Origin: an uncultured Chthonomonadaceae bacterium | GTDB lineage: Bacteria > Armatimonadota > Chthonomonadetes > Chthonomonadales > Chthonomonadaceae | Direction of reading: 5' to 3' | DNA: 64,000 bases | NCBI GenBank assembly: GCA_963835065.1 | Contig: CAWIEK010000046.1 | Location: 96,001-160,000 of the forward strand | Shown: one piece after another, positions 52,036-62,577 of the stretch | Numbering within the stretch: position 1 is the first letter of the stretch | Layout of the letters: each line of letters opens with the position of its first letter | Program-made: the position numbers and the translations under genes | The notes under the pieces: model-generated | Seen by the model: only the letters and a program-made list of their open reading frames with translations | Told to the model about the DNA's origin: nothing | Database searches by the model: none

Positions 52036-52933
52036 ATGTTGCTGTCAGCAACTAATCGCCATTCAAAATGGCTTCTGGTTGTTTGTGCCGTCCTTGCGGC
52101 CTTCCTGGGGTTGTCTATCTGGTTCAGATCGCCCAAAGCTCACGCGCAACCGCAAAGGAATGACGTTTCAAAGCCCGCCCCTGCGCCAACCAACTCGTCC
52201 GGCGCGGGCAAAGAGGAAGCGGTGACGCCCGAAATCTTGCCGATGCCTGCGCCGGACCCGGTTGAAGCGAAGGTCGCTGAGACAAACGAAGTCATCGCGC
52301 AAAAGATGAAGTTCGCTGCCGCAATTGACAAGAAGATCGCCGCGCTGCTCCAAGTCATCTCGATGTGCGAACAATCAACCCAGGATTTGACCCATGACGT
52401 CATTAACGCAGGGCCTGAAGTCCCCGATTCTGTTATCCAGCAAATGCGGCACAGGATTACCCAACTTAAAAAAACGGCAGCCGCGGCTCGGTACCAAGTC
52501 GCTCTGTTCGCGATAGCTCACTCCAACCTGGACTGGCGCACAGCCCAACTCATGGAGCAGGTCGTGAACACACTGAGGCCGAACCCTGATCGCCTCCTCA
52601 AGCTGCGCAAGAAGTACAACATCGGGGTCAGTGACATTGTGGGTGGAATCTCCGCTCAGGATCCCAACATCGGGGTCAGCGACATGGAGCGGATTTCCGC
52701 TCAATATCCCAGCATCGCGAGCGATCTGGAGCATATTTCCGCCGAATACCAGGCTCGAATTCGATGCCGAAGCCGCACATGTCTTCAGCCAGGCGGCCGA
52801 TTGGCAGGTTGCCGCTCGCGCACTGGAGCAATTCGAACATGAGCGCAAACTTCGGGCAAGCGAATCTACGAACGTCAACCAGTGGAAAGAGCATCTTCTT
52901 TCTAATAGCGACTGGCGCGGGGAGGTGTACTGA
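52036..52933 (+). CDS. Membrane-anchored helical hypothetical protein (probable frameshift near 52760)
   Basis: RBS ggagg; N-terminal TM; continues in ORF 52631..52933. Confidence 0.55.
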
Positions 52934-52935
52934 AC

Positions 52936-53937
52936 ATGAGAATCACGCTCGCTCAAAACAAATTCCCTGTGGCTTCCGGGCCGCATCTGACAGGGACGCA
53001 AGCCCGAATGTACCTGACAACTCTTGGCCTCGCTCTCATGGGTGGAGTTCTGGCCCAGGTGAACGCGCAATCTTCCGGGCATTCCGGGCGTAGCACCGGG
53101 GCGGCTGCCCAGAACAAACCTGTGACTCGCGCGGAGCATCCGGGGGAGAGCAGCGAGGTCGGGGCTTTCTGGAATCTACAACGGTTTCTCGTTCTGAATT
53201 CGCTGGAAGCTCTGCGGGGAGACGATATCCAGTTCAAAGTGCCTCCTTATCAGCGCATCCCGGCGGAGCAGGCGCCTGTGTATCAGACCGCAGGCGTAGT
53301 GTTCCCTCAAGAGCCGGAATCGCAGCCTGGAATTCCCTACGACCAGCCGAGTACGCTGATCAAAAGCCACGACAACGCGCGTCTTGTCCCCTCCGATGCC
53401 GCCGCGCGTATTCGGGGAGACTGGTCGGCCGTTCAGCTTGCGTCCCGCAGTATCAAGGACGAAATCGGAGCGGACGGCGTACCCTACTCGGACCCTCCTC
53501 CTGCTCAAACCCAGACGCAGTTGGAGTACGGGCCGGAACGCACCGTTGAAGCCGGCCCGGTGGCCTACTCTGCGTCCGGCGGCCTCTACCAAAGCGGGTT
53601 TTACGTTCACCGCGACCTGGTCGCCACGCAGAGCGTGGTTCAATACGCCCCGGCGAGTTTCTGCGACAACCTGACTGAACAGCGATTCATGTATCCGTTC
53701 CGGGACGTGCCAGTGTACAAAGAGAATCTATGTCATACCGAGGCGTGTCAGGCAGGAAACAATGCGGCGCGTCGTTTCCTGAAACTGGCTCATTCGGCCC
53801 CGACGTCGCAACGACGGGGCTTCTACGCGCGCCGGGCCGCATGGAAATACCATTTGGCCTATGTGGATGCCTATCATAAATGCAAGACAAGGATGAGTCG
53901 AAGGTTCTTATCCGTAACAGCGTTGAATGGACGTTGA
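52936..53937 (+). CDS. Secreted hypothetical protein
   Basis: RBS ggagg; signal-like segment; 333-aa ORF. Confidence 0.55.
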   Translation: MRITLAQNKFPVASGPHLTGTQARMYLTTLGLALMGGVLAQVNAQSSGHSGRSTGAAAQNKPVTRAEHPGESSEVGAFWNLQRFLVLNSLEALRGDDIQFKVPPYQRIPAEQAPVYQTAGVVFPQEPESQPGIPYDQPSTLIKSHDNARLVPSDAAARIRGDWSAVQLASRSIKDEIGADGVPYSDPPPAQTQTQLEYGPERTVEAGPVAYSASGGLYQSGFYVHRDLVATQSVVQYAPASFCDNLTEQRFMYPFRDVPVYKENLCHTEACQAGNNAARRFLKLAHSAPTSQRRGFYARRAAWKYHLAYVDAYHKCKTRMSRRFLSVTALNGR

Positions 53938-54006
53938 AAACACCTCCATTCGACGCGCGCGGAAAGTCTAATGGGAAAATATCTGAACAGCAAGGCAATT
54001 CAGATG

Positions 54007-54122
54007 TAGCTGCAAATAGACGCGAATAAACGCAAATGAACTTCTGTAATCATGCGCTAATACTACTCTAAAGCATGAGCCGGGACATTCTATTTGCGTG
54101 TATTCGCGTCTATTTGCGGCTA
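54007..54122. repeat. Decamer palindrome (CGCAAATAxA-like)
   Basis: tagctgcaaatagacgcgaataaacgcaaat ... atttgcgtgtattcgcgtctatttgcggcta; half copy at 18650-18680. Confidence 0.8.
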
Positions 54123-54128
54123 AATTGA

Positions 54129-54992
54129 TTAGTAATCCACAGGGCGCAGGTAGTAGTCATTGATGGAGGTGGACGAGAGCATGGCGGTTGTCGGCAGATG
54201 CCGCTTCCAGTGCGTCGAGTCCACCTTTTTCTTGACCAGCGTGACCTCGTGTTCGGGGAAGCCCATTTCCACCATGCGCGGGATTGTGTAGCCGCGCAAT
54301 AGATAGTATAAGATGCGATCAGCTTTGGGGTACGAGATGCCGAAGTCAATCTCGTCCGTTTGCCCTACGATTAAATCCGCCGATGCGGGCTTGTTGACGA
54401 TCACATCCGGGACGCCGATGTAGCGCGACAAGGCCCATACCTGCGTTTTGTACAAATCGCCAAGCGGGTTGACCGGGGGCGAATCATCGGCGTGCCAGGT
54501 GAAGTAGCCGAACAAGCGCTCCGTTTTGTTGCCTGTGCCGACAGGCAACGTTCCCAACTTCTGGCTCTGGTCGAACAGAATAATCATCCGCATCCGCGCC
54601 ATGACATTGCCCCGCCTGCGCCCGTCCGCGTCCGAAGCGTATTTCAGATACCCATCTACCCCGTCCGTGATTTCGATGGTCTCCACATTGATGCCCGTCG
54701 CGTCCGCCACCAGCTGCGCATGGTCCAGGCTTTCGCGGGCGGAGGATTTGTAGGGCATACGGATGCCGTACACGTTTTGGGGTCCAAGCGCGCGGGCCAG
54801 CAGAAACGCCACCAGCGACGAGTCCACGCCGCCCGACAAGCCGACAACCGCTTTGGTAAACCCGCGTCGGCGCGTAATCTCATCCTGCAAAAACGCCACA
54901 AGCCAATCCGTCAGCACCGGCTCATTCACTTTTAGATTGTCGTCCGCCTCAATATCGGTTGGCAATGGCGACAGCACAGGCAGCATAGTCAT
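54129..54992 (-). CDS. nadE: NH3-dependent NAD+ synthetase
   Basis: GLSGGVDSS, NVMARMRM, GTGNKTE, PLGDLYKTQV, PASADL. Confidence 0.95.
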   Translation of the reverse strand: MTMLPVLSPLPTDIEADDNLKVNEPVLTDWLVAFLQDEITRRRGFTKAVVGLSGGVDSSLVAFLLARALGPQNVYGIRMPYKSSARESLDHAQLVADATGINVETIEITDGVDGYLKYASDADGRRRGNVMARMRMIILFDQSQKLGTLPVGTGNKTERLFGYFTWHADDSPPVNPLGDLYKTQVWALSRYIGVPDVIVNKPASADLIVGQTDEIDFGISYPKADRILYYLLRGYTIPRMVEMGFPEHEVTLVKKKVDSTHWKRHLPTTAMLSSTSINDYYLRPVDY

Positions 54993-55112
54993 TACGGTTC
55001 TCCTAGTCCCTTGCGAAAACGGCTTCATACACTTCTAAACGGCGCGGCACTAAAAGTTCGTAGTTCCTGCATCTCTATCAACTATGAACTATCAACTATC
55101 AACTGCCTAGCT

Positions 55113-56147
55113 TCACTCCATCTCAAAGACCACTTTGCCGCACATTCCATCGCGCATCAGCGCCATGCCATGATCGAATTCTTCAAACGGCAGTTTGTGC
55201 GTGATGGCCGGCTCGATGTTGAGGCGTCCTGACGCGAGCAGGGCGCGCATCGTGTCCCAAGTTTCGTACAGGCGGCGTCCCACAATGCACTGTACCAGCA
55301 GTCCCTTGAAAATCATATCTTCGGCCATGTCCAGTTCGACGGGCTGCGCCGGGATTCCTAACAGCGACACGCGCCCGCCCCGCCGCGCAATCCGCATCGC
55401 CTGCCGGATGGCGGACGGCGCTCCCGACATTTCCAGAACCACGTCCACGCCCTCGCCATTCGTGCGCTCTGCAATGGCCTCTTCCAGATTTGTCCGAGTT
55501 ACGTCTACGGTCAGGTCGGCTCCAAGTTGTTTCGCCAGGTCAAGCCGGTACTCGCGGGTATCCGTTGCGATCACATCGGACGCGCCCGCCGTTTGCGCCA
55601 CCGCGACGGCAAATATGCCAATCGGCCCGCATCCCAAAATAGCGACGGAGCGGCCTATCACTTCGCCCGCCAGCGTGGTATGCACGGCGTTGCCAAGTGG
55701 GTCCTGAATACAGGCTAGGTAGGGGGGAACGGCCCGGTCATTTTTCCACGCGCTGCCCTGCGGCACGACCACGTAGGGCGCAAAACAGCCGTCCACGTCC
55801 ACGCCTAAAATTTTCGTGTTGGCGCAGACGTGTCGCTCATTAAGCAGGCACTGCTTGCAATGCCCGCAGACCCAGTGGCTTTCCCCGCTGACGTAATCGC
55901 CCACGCGCAGGTGAGTCACATCCGCGCCCACTTCAACAATTTCGCCGGCAAATTCATGCCCCATAATGCGCGGCGGCTTCACCCGTCCCGCCGCCCACCG
56001 ATCCCAGCTATAAATATGGTAATCCGTGCCGCAAATCGAAGTCGCCAGAACGCGCGCCTTGATCTGATCCGAGCGCGTAATCTGCGGCTCCGGCACGTCA
56101 ATAATCTGCGCGCCCGGCCCCGCCTGTACCTTTGCAATCGCTTTCAT
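55113..56147 (-). CDS. tdh: L-threonine 3-dehydrogenase
   Basis: SICGTDYHIY.WD.W, GHE, CGHCKQC..HVC, DPLGNAVHT, LEMSG. Confidence 0.92.
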   Translation of the reverse strand: MKAIAKVQAGPGAQIIDVPEPQITRSDQIKARVLATSICGTDYHIYSWDRWAAGRVKPPRIMGHEFAGEIVEVGADVTHLRVGDYVSGESHWVCGHCKQCLLNERHVCANTKILGVDVDGCFAPYVVVPQGSAWKNDRAVPPYLACIQDPLGNAVHTTLAGEVIGRSVAILGCGPIGIFAVAVAQTAGASDVIATDTREYRLDLAKQLGADLTVDVTRTNLEEAIAERTNGEGVDVVLEMSGAPSAIRQAMRIARRGGRVSLLGIPAQPVELDMAEDMIFKGLLVQCIVGRRLYETWDTMRALLASGRLNIEPAITHKLPFEEFDHGMALMRDGMCGKVVFEME

Positions 56148-56263
56148 GCGTGGTTTTCAATCCCTTTCTGTGAGGCATTAGGCATCAGCCTCTCATCAAG
56201 TTTCTGTGCAACTTATGGTCTGCCAATAATGCTAATGCCTAATGCCTAATGCCTTGTCCTTGA

Positions 56264-56791
56264 TTATACTCCCAAACCCTGCTCCACAAACCGCTCCAGC
56301 AAATCGGCGCAATGAGACAGGTGTTTTGTCCAAAGCGCGCGGTCAGTGCCGGGGGGAAGTTGCGCCAATCCCTGTTCCAGGCGCTGCAGGCAGGCGCGTT
56401 CTTCTGCATCTAAAAAAAGGGACATTTGCAAATTGGAAGCGTTTGGCTCCGGCGCGGCAACGGCGGGAGCGAAACCTTCTTGATGTACGGCTTCTTGATT
56501 TACAGTCTGATTGATAATTTCCTGCGGCTGCGATTTGCGCAGGAATGAATCGTCTTCCGGCACGAAGCCGGCCAGCAGCATCAGGCGCGTGGCGTCCTCA
56601 TCCAGCGCCAGGGCGAACCGGCGCAGGCTTTCCGCGGTGCGGGCATTGCCTTTGGCGAGTTCGCTGATGGTCGCGGTGGAAAGCCCGGTCAGCCGTTCGG
56701 CCTGCCGATACGACAGCCGCTTGCCGTCCACGCCCCGCCGTTCCAGTATCTCGTTGATGGCTTTTTCCAAACCGGGGCGGGCGCGCGCCAT
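56264..56791 (-). CDS. XRE-family HTH protein
   Basis: LSYRQAERLTGLSTATISELAKG. Confidence 0.75.
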   Translation of the reverse strand: MARARPGLEKAINEILERRGVDGKRLSYRQAERLTGLSTATISELAKGNARTAESLRRFALALDEDATRLMLLAGFVPEDDSFLRKSQPQEIINQTVNQEAVHQEGFAPAVAAPEPNASNLQMSLFLDAEERACLQRLEQGLAQLPPGTDRALWTKHLSHCADLLERFVEQGLGV

Positions 56792-57101
56792 AAAATAAAC
56801 CTTTCTCTGTCACACTATACGAAGCGAAACGTAATCTTTTCCGCAATTGCTTGTTTGAATCGGGATACAAAGCAGGATACCACAGGCGCAACGTCGTATC
56901 TAAATTACGAGCGAGGAATTTGCCTGCATTTTTTCATGAAAAGATGCGGATGTGAAATTTTAGAAACATGCTTGCCCTCTGATACGTAATTATAAGTAGA
57001 AGATAAAAGCAACTCAAGATTGGTCCGGCTTACTCAGAGACCGACGGAAGAGTCAGATTGGCGTGTTTGTCTTCTGGTATGTCAAGAAAGAGGCTATCGT
57101 G

Positions 57102-58409
57102 ATGAAACTGAATAGAGCGTCACAAACCCATAAGAATTCGTCTCTGTTACCAAAGTTTACCCTGTCGCCTGCCCTGCTGACCGGCCTTATGGCTGCGGCC
57201 TTGCCATCCGTCGTCAGCGCGCAGGCCCGTGAAGCGCGTGGGAACTATTCGCCGCCGACTGTTTCGCGCCCCGCTGCGCCGTCGCCGACGTTCTCACGCC
57301 CGAACTATACGCCGTCTGCGCCGTCGTTCCAATCGCCTTCCTTCTCGTCTCCCCAGGCAGGGGCGGGAATGCGAACCGCGCCCACTGTTACGTCGCCCGG
57401 CCAGAGCAGCCTGGGCAACAACACCAGCCTCGGCACAACACTCTTTTACCAGGCCAATCCAACGAACGGCCAAACAACTCGTACACAGATGCCAGGCAGC
57501 GGCACGACGCGAACGCCGGGTGGCTCCATAATCTATGGCGGGCGTCCGGGACAAACGACCACGCAAATGCCTACGACGCGGATTGTAAACACCAATCCGG
57601 GCGCGATCAACGGCATTATCACGAATCCTAACAGCAGCTACAACCGCTTTAATAACTCGGCGGAAGCGCGGCGGTTCCGGTTCGGCGTCCCGAATCATGG
57701 ACGTTACTATTACGGCAATTATGGCGGGTTCGGCTATTTCCCCGGATCGCTGGCCTACTCGCCGTACTACTCGCCGTACTATTCGTTTGGATACACGGCC
57801 CTGTCGCCGTATGCCTTCTATTATGGCGCGTATCCTCCGTTTATTACGCTGGGCAGCGTATATGCCGAGCCGCCGCAATATGTGTACGTTCCCTATCCCG
57901 TCTATCAGGACGGCGCGTACAACGGCTATCGCAGCGATGACGTGGATGGCTACTACCTGAACCGCAACAATGCGCAGGATGGCGGCTATCGCGTCGGTGA
58001 AAATGCCCGCAAGTCCGTCAAGGAAGCGGTCAAGGACCCCCTCCTCGATGCGACGATAGCCGACATTCAGAACGCCTGGAAGACGAGCAAACTTGACACG
58101 CTTGCCAAGCACGTCCGCCGGGATGCGCGCGTGGCGGTGTACCTGCGCGGCAAGTACCAGTATTCCCTGGACGCGGGCGATTACCTGGACATGACCCGCG
58201 ATGCGCTTGCGGCCACCAAGACCTCAAGTTTCGAACTGAACAACGTGCAGCGCAAGCAAAAGGACGTGTACACGGTTACGGGTCGCCACGTTTACCGCGA
58301 CAAGGATGACAACGAGCATACCGTGTTCATCACCTACGTGCTGGAAAAGTCCGAAGCGGATTACATCATCACGCAGGTCGGCTCCGCGCCCGAAAAAGTA
58401 GAAGAGTAG
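57102..58409 (+). CDS. Secreted low-complexity (Pro/Ser/Thr, Tyr/Gly-rich) protein with NTF2-like C-terminus
   Basis: Signal peptide; YYG/YSPYY-rich middle; globular C-terminal domain. Confidence 0.7.
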   Translation: MKLNRASQTHKNSSLLPKFTLSPALLTGLMAAALPSVVSAQAREARGNYSPPTVSRPAAPSPTFSRPNYTPSAPSFQSPSFSSPQAGAGMRTAPTVTSPGQSSLGNNTSLGTTLFYQANPTNGQTTRTQMPGSGTTRTPGGSIIYGGRPGQTTTQMPTTRIVNTNPGAINGIITNPNSSYNRFNNSAEARRFRFGVPNHGRYYYGNYGGFGYFPGSLAYSPYYSPYYSFGYTALSPYAFYYGAYPPFITLGSVYAEPPQYVYVPYPVYQDGAYNGYRSDDVDGYYLNRNNAQDGGYRVGENARKSVKEAVKDPLLDATIADIQNAWKTSKLDTLAKHVRRDARVAVYLRGKYQYSLDAGDYLDMTRDALAATKTSSFELNNVQRKQKDVYTVTGRHVYRDKDDNEHTVFITYVLEKSEADYIITQVGSAPEKVEE

Positions 58410-58577
58410 GGGCGGTTAGGGGTTGATAGTTGAGGGTTGAGGGTAACGGCGCTGATTGCGTTGTATGTACCCTCAACCCTTTTTCTGCTTTTTCTCCCGG
58501 TCTATTGTGGTAAGCAGCGTTGATACGTTCCTGAAAATGTCAGTGTTAAATTTTATTGTTGATTACGCAGGAATAAT

Positions 58578-60248
58578 TTGGTGTCCTGTGTAATCATAGC
58601 CTGCTTGCCTTACAGCCGCTCAACCGCTACGAAAGGGAGAAACGTTCATGTCCGTTCGCGCTCCGCCGCCGCATGGTTCCACATTTCGACTTTGACTTGC
58701 CTGCTTTCCACCGGCTTGCTTTCCACCTGCCTGCTTCCCGTTGCCCGCGCCGATGAGCGCGCTGCATCGCGGCGCTTTGAGGCCGCGAAAGCGGATGAGC
58801 CGTCCCTCATCGCTTTTTGCAAAGCCATGCCTAAAGGCGCGGACCTGCACGTCCATGTGAGCGGGGCGGCGTATGCGGAATATGCGCTGGACAACGCGAT
58901 TGCGCAAAAACTGTTTTATGATCCGGGGAGCGGCCTGTTTGTTACCGAGGACACGCGCCAAACCCTGCCTGCGCAGGATTTGCTCAAGCCCGCCAATGGT
59001 GACCTGCTGGGCAAGTTTCTGGACGCGGCCAGTATGCGCGGGCTGAAACCCGACAGCGAAAGCGGGCACGACCATTTCTTTGCCGCGTTCGGCTTCATTG
59101 ACAGCGCGCAGACCAACCGCCCGGACATAGATGTCAACGGTGAAGTGATTGCGCGCGCTCTGGCGCAAAACGAGCAGTATCTGGAACTGATGACGAGGGT
59201 TGCGCCTGATGCGGCGTACAATCTGCTCAAATCGCCGCCGCCTGTCAACAACGTCAATGCGCCTGCCGACCTGCAAGCCGCCCTGACCTCCTTGAAACCC
59301 CGCCTGCAGGAATTTATCGCGCAATCTAAACGCTTCCTTGACAACTATGACACGCAACTGGCGGCGCGGGTACAAAAAACGCGCGCTGCGACAGCCACAA
59401 ACAACCCCGAACCCATCAGCGGGGCGCAGAGTCCGATTACCGTGCGCTACATCGTGTCCACCAGCCGCTTGAAACCGGATTCGGACTTTTTCGCGGTCAT
59501 GGCGGCGGGCATGGCGCTGATGCAGGAGGACAAGCGCGTTGTGGGCGTCAACATTGTCGCGCCGGAAGACCATCCGTTCGCGCGCCTGCATTTCCATGCG
59601 CAAATGCAGATGCTGGACTTTTTGTGGCAGCAATTGGGCCATCCCAACATCACGCTTCACGCCGGGGAACTGACGCCTACGATTTCACCCCTCGAAGCCA
59701 TGCAGTCGCGCATCCGGGATTCCATCCAAATCGGCCATGCGCGGCGCATCGGACATGGCATTTCCATCGCGTGGGAGGATGGAGTAGGGGAACTGCTGCG
59801 GAACATGCGCCGGCAGGGCGTTGCGGTGGAAATCTGCCTGACCAGCAACGCGGGCATTTTGGGCGTGGAAGGCAATCGCCACCCCTTTATGCTGTACCGA
59901 AAAGCCGGCGTACCCGTCACGCTGAACACGGATGATGAGGCCATCAACCGCAGTTCGCTGACAATGGAATTTGTACGCGCCGCCCGAACCTACAACCTCT
60001 CGTATGCGGACGTGAAGACATTGGCGCGCAACAGCATCGCGTATTCCTTTCTAAAAGGCGACAGTCTATTTATGGACGCCGAGTACCACAGCCTGCGCCC
60101 GGAGTTCGCCGGAATTACGCGCCCCGATTGGAAGCCTTCGCCGGAAGCGCGGAAATTGCTGGACGGTTCGGAAAAGATGCAGGTGCAGGCGCGCTTGGAG
60201 CAGGCGTTCGCGCTTTTCGAGAACGCCCCCGAAGAAGACATTCGTTGA
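58578..60248 (+). CDS. Secreted adenosine deaminase family protein
   Basis: MPKGADLHVH, LHAGE, RIGHG, EICLTSN, NTDD; start uncertain. Confidence 0.9.
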   Translation: MVSCVIIACLPYSRSTATKGRNVHVRSRSAAAWFHISTLTCLLSTGLLSTCLLPVARADERAASRRFEAAKADEPSLIAFCKAMPKGADLHVHVSGAAYAEYALDNAIAQKLFYDPGSGLFVTEDTRQTLPAQDLLKPANGDLLGKFLDAASMRGLKPDSESGHDHFFAAFGFIDSAQTNRPDIDVNGEVIARALAQNEQYLELMTRVAPDAAYNLLKSPPPVNNVNAPADLQAALTSLKPRLQEFIAQSKRFLDNYDTQLAARVQKTRAATATNNPEPISGAQSPITVRYIVSTSRLKPDSDFFAVMAAGMALMQEDKRVVGVNIVAPEDHPFARLHFHAQMQMLDFLWQQLGHPNITLHAGELTPTISPLEAMQSRIRDSIQIGHARRIGHGISIAWEDGVGELLRNMRRQGVAVEICLTSNAGILGVEGNRHPFMLYRKAGVPVTLNTDDEAINRSSLTMEFVRAARTYNLSYADVKTLARNSIAYSFLKGDSLFMDAEYHSLRPEFAGITRPDWKPSPEARKLLDGSEKMQVQARLEQAFALFENAPEEDIR

Positions 60249-60253
60249 ACGGG

Positions 60254-60408
60254 GTAACTTTTCACCACCAAGACGCCAGGAACACCAAGAGAAAACAAGC
60301 AACGAAAAAGGCACAAAATCGAAGACAGGCTCGTTCGCTCTTGCAATTCGATAACAACTTCTTCTCATTCTGCTTGGTGTTCTTCGTGTCTTGGTGGTGA
60401 AAAGTTAC
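60254..60408. repeat. Nonamer palindrome (CACCAAGxx)n
   Basis: gtaacttttcaccaccaagac ... gtcttggtggtgaaaagttac. Confidence 0.85.
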
Positions 60409-60544
60409 AAACGGATAATCGTCAGGAACACGCGGCCAAAATTATTCGTCAGTTCCGTGTCACTTTTTTGACGAAGCGCCGTTACGTTAAGAATGTTCCG
60501 CGCCGATGCGGGCATAAAAACAAATATCAAGGAGATACATTGTC

Positions 60545-60919
60545 ATGAAGCAACTATCCACTTCTTCACGCGCCATACGTTTGACCGCCGTTCTCGGCCT
60601 GACCGGATTGCTTGCCGGATTCGTGTCCGCCACGCCCGCGCATGCCGACGATGACTGGCATTTTCATCGCTACGACGCCCATCTGGATTATCGCCTGGAT
60701 CGTGATGCGGTTCGACGCGACGAGAACCTGCTGCACAGTTTGTACAATCAGAAGCGGGATGCGCAGCGCAACCATGATAATTTCCGCGTCCGCAGCCTGA
60801 ACCGGCGCATCAGCGACATTCGCGCCCGTCTGGACACCAATCGTTACGAACTGCGCACAGACCGCAATCGTGACCGCAACCGTGACCGCGCAGACTGGCA
60901 TGGGGATCACCGCCCGTAG
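60545..60919 (+). CDS. Small secreted Arg/Asp/His-rich protein
   Basis: RBS aggag; signal peptide ending AHA. Confidence 0.75.
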   Translation: MKQLSTSSRAIRLTAVLGLTGLLAGFVSATPAHADDDWHFHRYDAHLDYRLDRDAVRRDENLLHSLYNQKRDAQRNHDNFRVRSLNRRISDIRARLDTNRYELRTDRNRDRNRDRADWHGDHRP

Positions 60920-61123
60920 TTTCTGACAGCATAGCAGGGATGAACCCGTTTCAATAAACGAAAGGTTCACCGGCAACTTCAGCCTCGAATCATTACGGTT
61001 CGGGGCTGTGGTTTGTTTGGGGCACATTCCTCTGGACGTTTCCTGTTCAACTTGCTATAATAGCGCAGATAACTGCTTTTGCCAAACCTGCATTACCTTA
61101 ACGGCTGAAAGGAAACGCGCCGC

Positions 61124-61912
61124 ATGTCGGAAACTACGGTCACGGCCACGCCTGCGGAAACTGCGCCGATGCTCCCGCCCCCTGCTCCTTCCGCATGGCA
61201 ACAAGGGTGGCAATGGTTCAAAACACAAGCGCAGTTTGCTGTCACGGGCGTACTCATTGACAGTTTTCTGCTGTTTGAAAACACCATTGACCTGCGCGTG
61301 TACGGTCTGGAACGGCTGCGGGAAGTGAAAGCATCAGGACACAACCCCCTGCTGGTGATCTGGCACGGACAGGGATTGCTGCCCATGACCACGTTTCGCA
61401 ACGAGCATCTGTGCCTGTACGCCTCGCACACCCGCGACGAGCCTTACCCGCGTGGCCTGCTGATTTTGCGGCACTGGACGCTGCGCCTGATCGAGCGCAT
61501 GGGCTACAGCGTACTGGACGCTTCGCAGTTCAAAAGCGAGTCGCGGGGCGTGATGAAGTTCGTGGATTTATTGCGCGGGGGAACCGGGTCGGTCATCGCC
61601 GCCGATGGTCCCGCCGGCCCGATCTACAAAGCCAAGCCCGGCCCGGCCTTTCTCGCCAAAAAATCGGGCGTGATGCTGGTTCCGCTCGGCGCAGCGATTT
61701 CTTCGGGCTTCCACATGGATCAATGGGATCGTTTCGAGATACCCGCGCCCTTTTCCCACGCCGTCCTTGTGATTGGCGAACCGATTATGGTTCCTCCCCA
61801 CGCAAAGGACGCCGCTTTGGAAGCCGCCCGCCTCGCGCTGGAAACGGAAATGAACGCAAGCGTTGCCGAAGCCCAATCCCGCCTGCACAGAAGAACAAAG
61901 GAGGAAGGATGA
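61124..61912 (+). CDS. DUF374 / lysophospholipid acyltransferase family protein
   Basis: IWHG, ADGPAGP, WDRFEIPAPF. Confidence 0.85.
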   Translation: MSETTVTATPAETAPMLPPPAPSAWQQGWQWFKTQAQFAVTGVLIDSFLLFENTIDLRVYGLERLREVKASGHNPLLVIWHGQGLLPMTTFRNEHLCLYASHTRDEPYPRGLLILRHWTLRLIERMGYSVLDASQFKSESRGVMKFVDLLRGGTGSVIAADGPAGPIYKAKPGPAFLAKKSGVMLVPLGAAISSGFHMDQWDRFEIPAPFSHAVLVIGEPIMVPPHAKDAALEAARLALETEMNASVAEAQSRLHRRTKEEG

Positions 61913-61982
61913 AGAAGTTGACGCATACGTAGCGCATTGCAAACGTATGGACTAAAGCCCAATACTGTTCAAATAAGAGTTT

Positions 61983-62128
61983 GTAGGGGCACAACATGTT
62001 GTGCCCGCGCTCTTAGCATGTTGTGCCCGCGCTTCCAAACCGTACCCGCCCGCCGCATTACAGGAAGAGGACTCGCTGTAGGAAGAGGACACGCCATAAG
62101 AAGAGGACACAACATGTTGTGTCCCTAC
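61983..62128. repeat. GTAG-type REP doublet (REPIN-like)
   Basis: GTAGgggcacaacatgttgtgccc ... ggacacaacatgttgtgtccCTAC. Confidence 0.8.
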
Positions 62129-62156
62129 GACGTTCTTTTTGATGTGCAGAATCGGC

Positions 62157-62534
62157 TTACTTGAACGATATTGGGTACAGTACCCTGCCTTTGTTCCAGT
62201 ATCTCCCTCACAAAAAAGTCACCAATTTCGAGACGCGCCGACACTTCCTGTGGCGTCCGCACTAAAATGTCCATCGGCAAAAATGGCACTTGCGCAATTT
62301 TCGTGACCTCCATGATACGCTGATGCGGCGTGAGTTCGGAATCCATGATGATGAACAAATCCACGTCACTGTTTCGGTGTGGCGGCCGTAAGCATACGAG
62401 CCAAACAAAATCACCTGATGCGGCGCGAACGCCTGCACAATGCGTTGCGTAACATCCGCCAGCAGCGTTTCCGTAACCTGCGGGCGCAGCGTGTCATTCA
62501 GGGAAGGCCGAAGTTGAATTGTTTCATGGCTCAT
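62157..62534 (-). CDS. Minimal nucleotidyltransferase (MNT), frameshifted
   Basis: VILFGSYAYG...SDVDL...MDILVRTP..FFVREILE.GRVL across frames. Confidence 0.8.
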
Positions 62535-62577
62535 AGCGTTGTTCTTTGAAATCTTCTTCCGCAATGTTACTCACATT

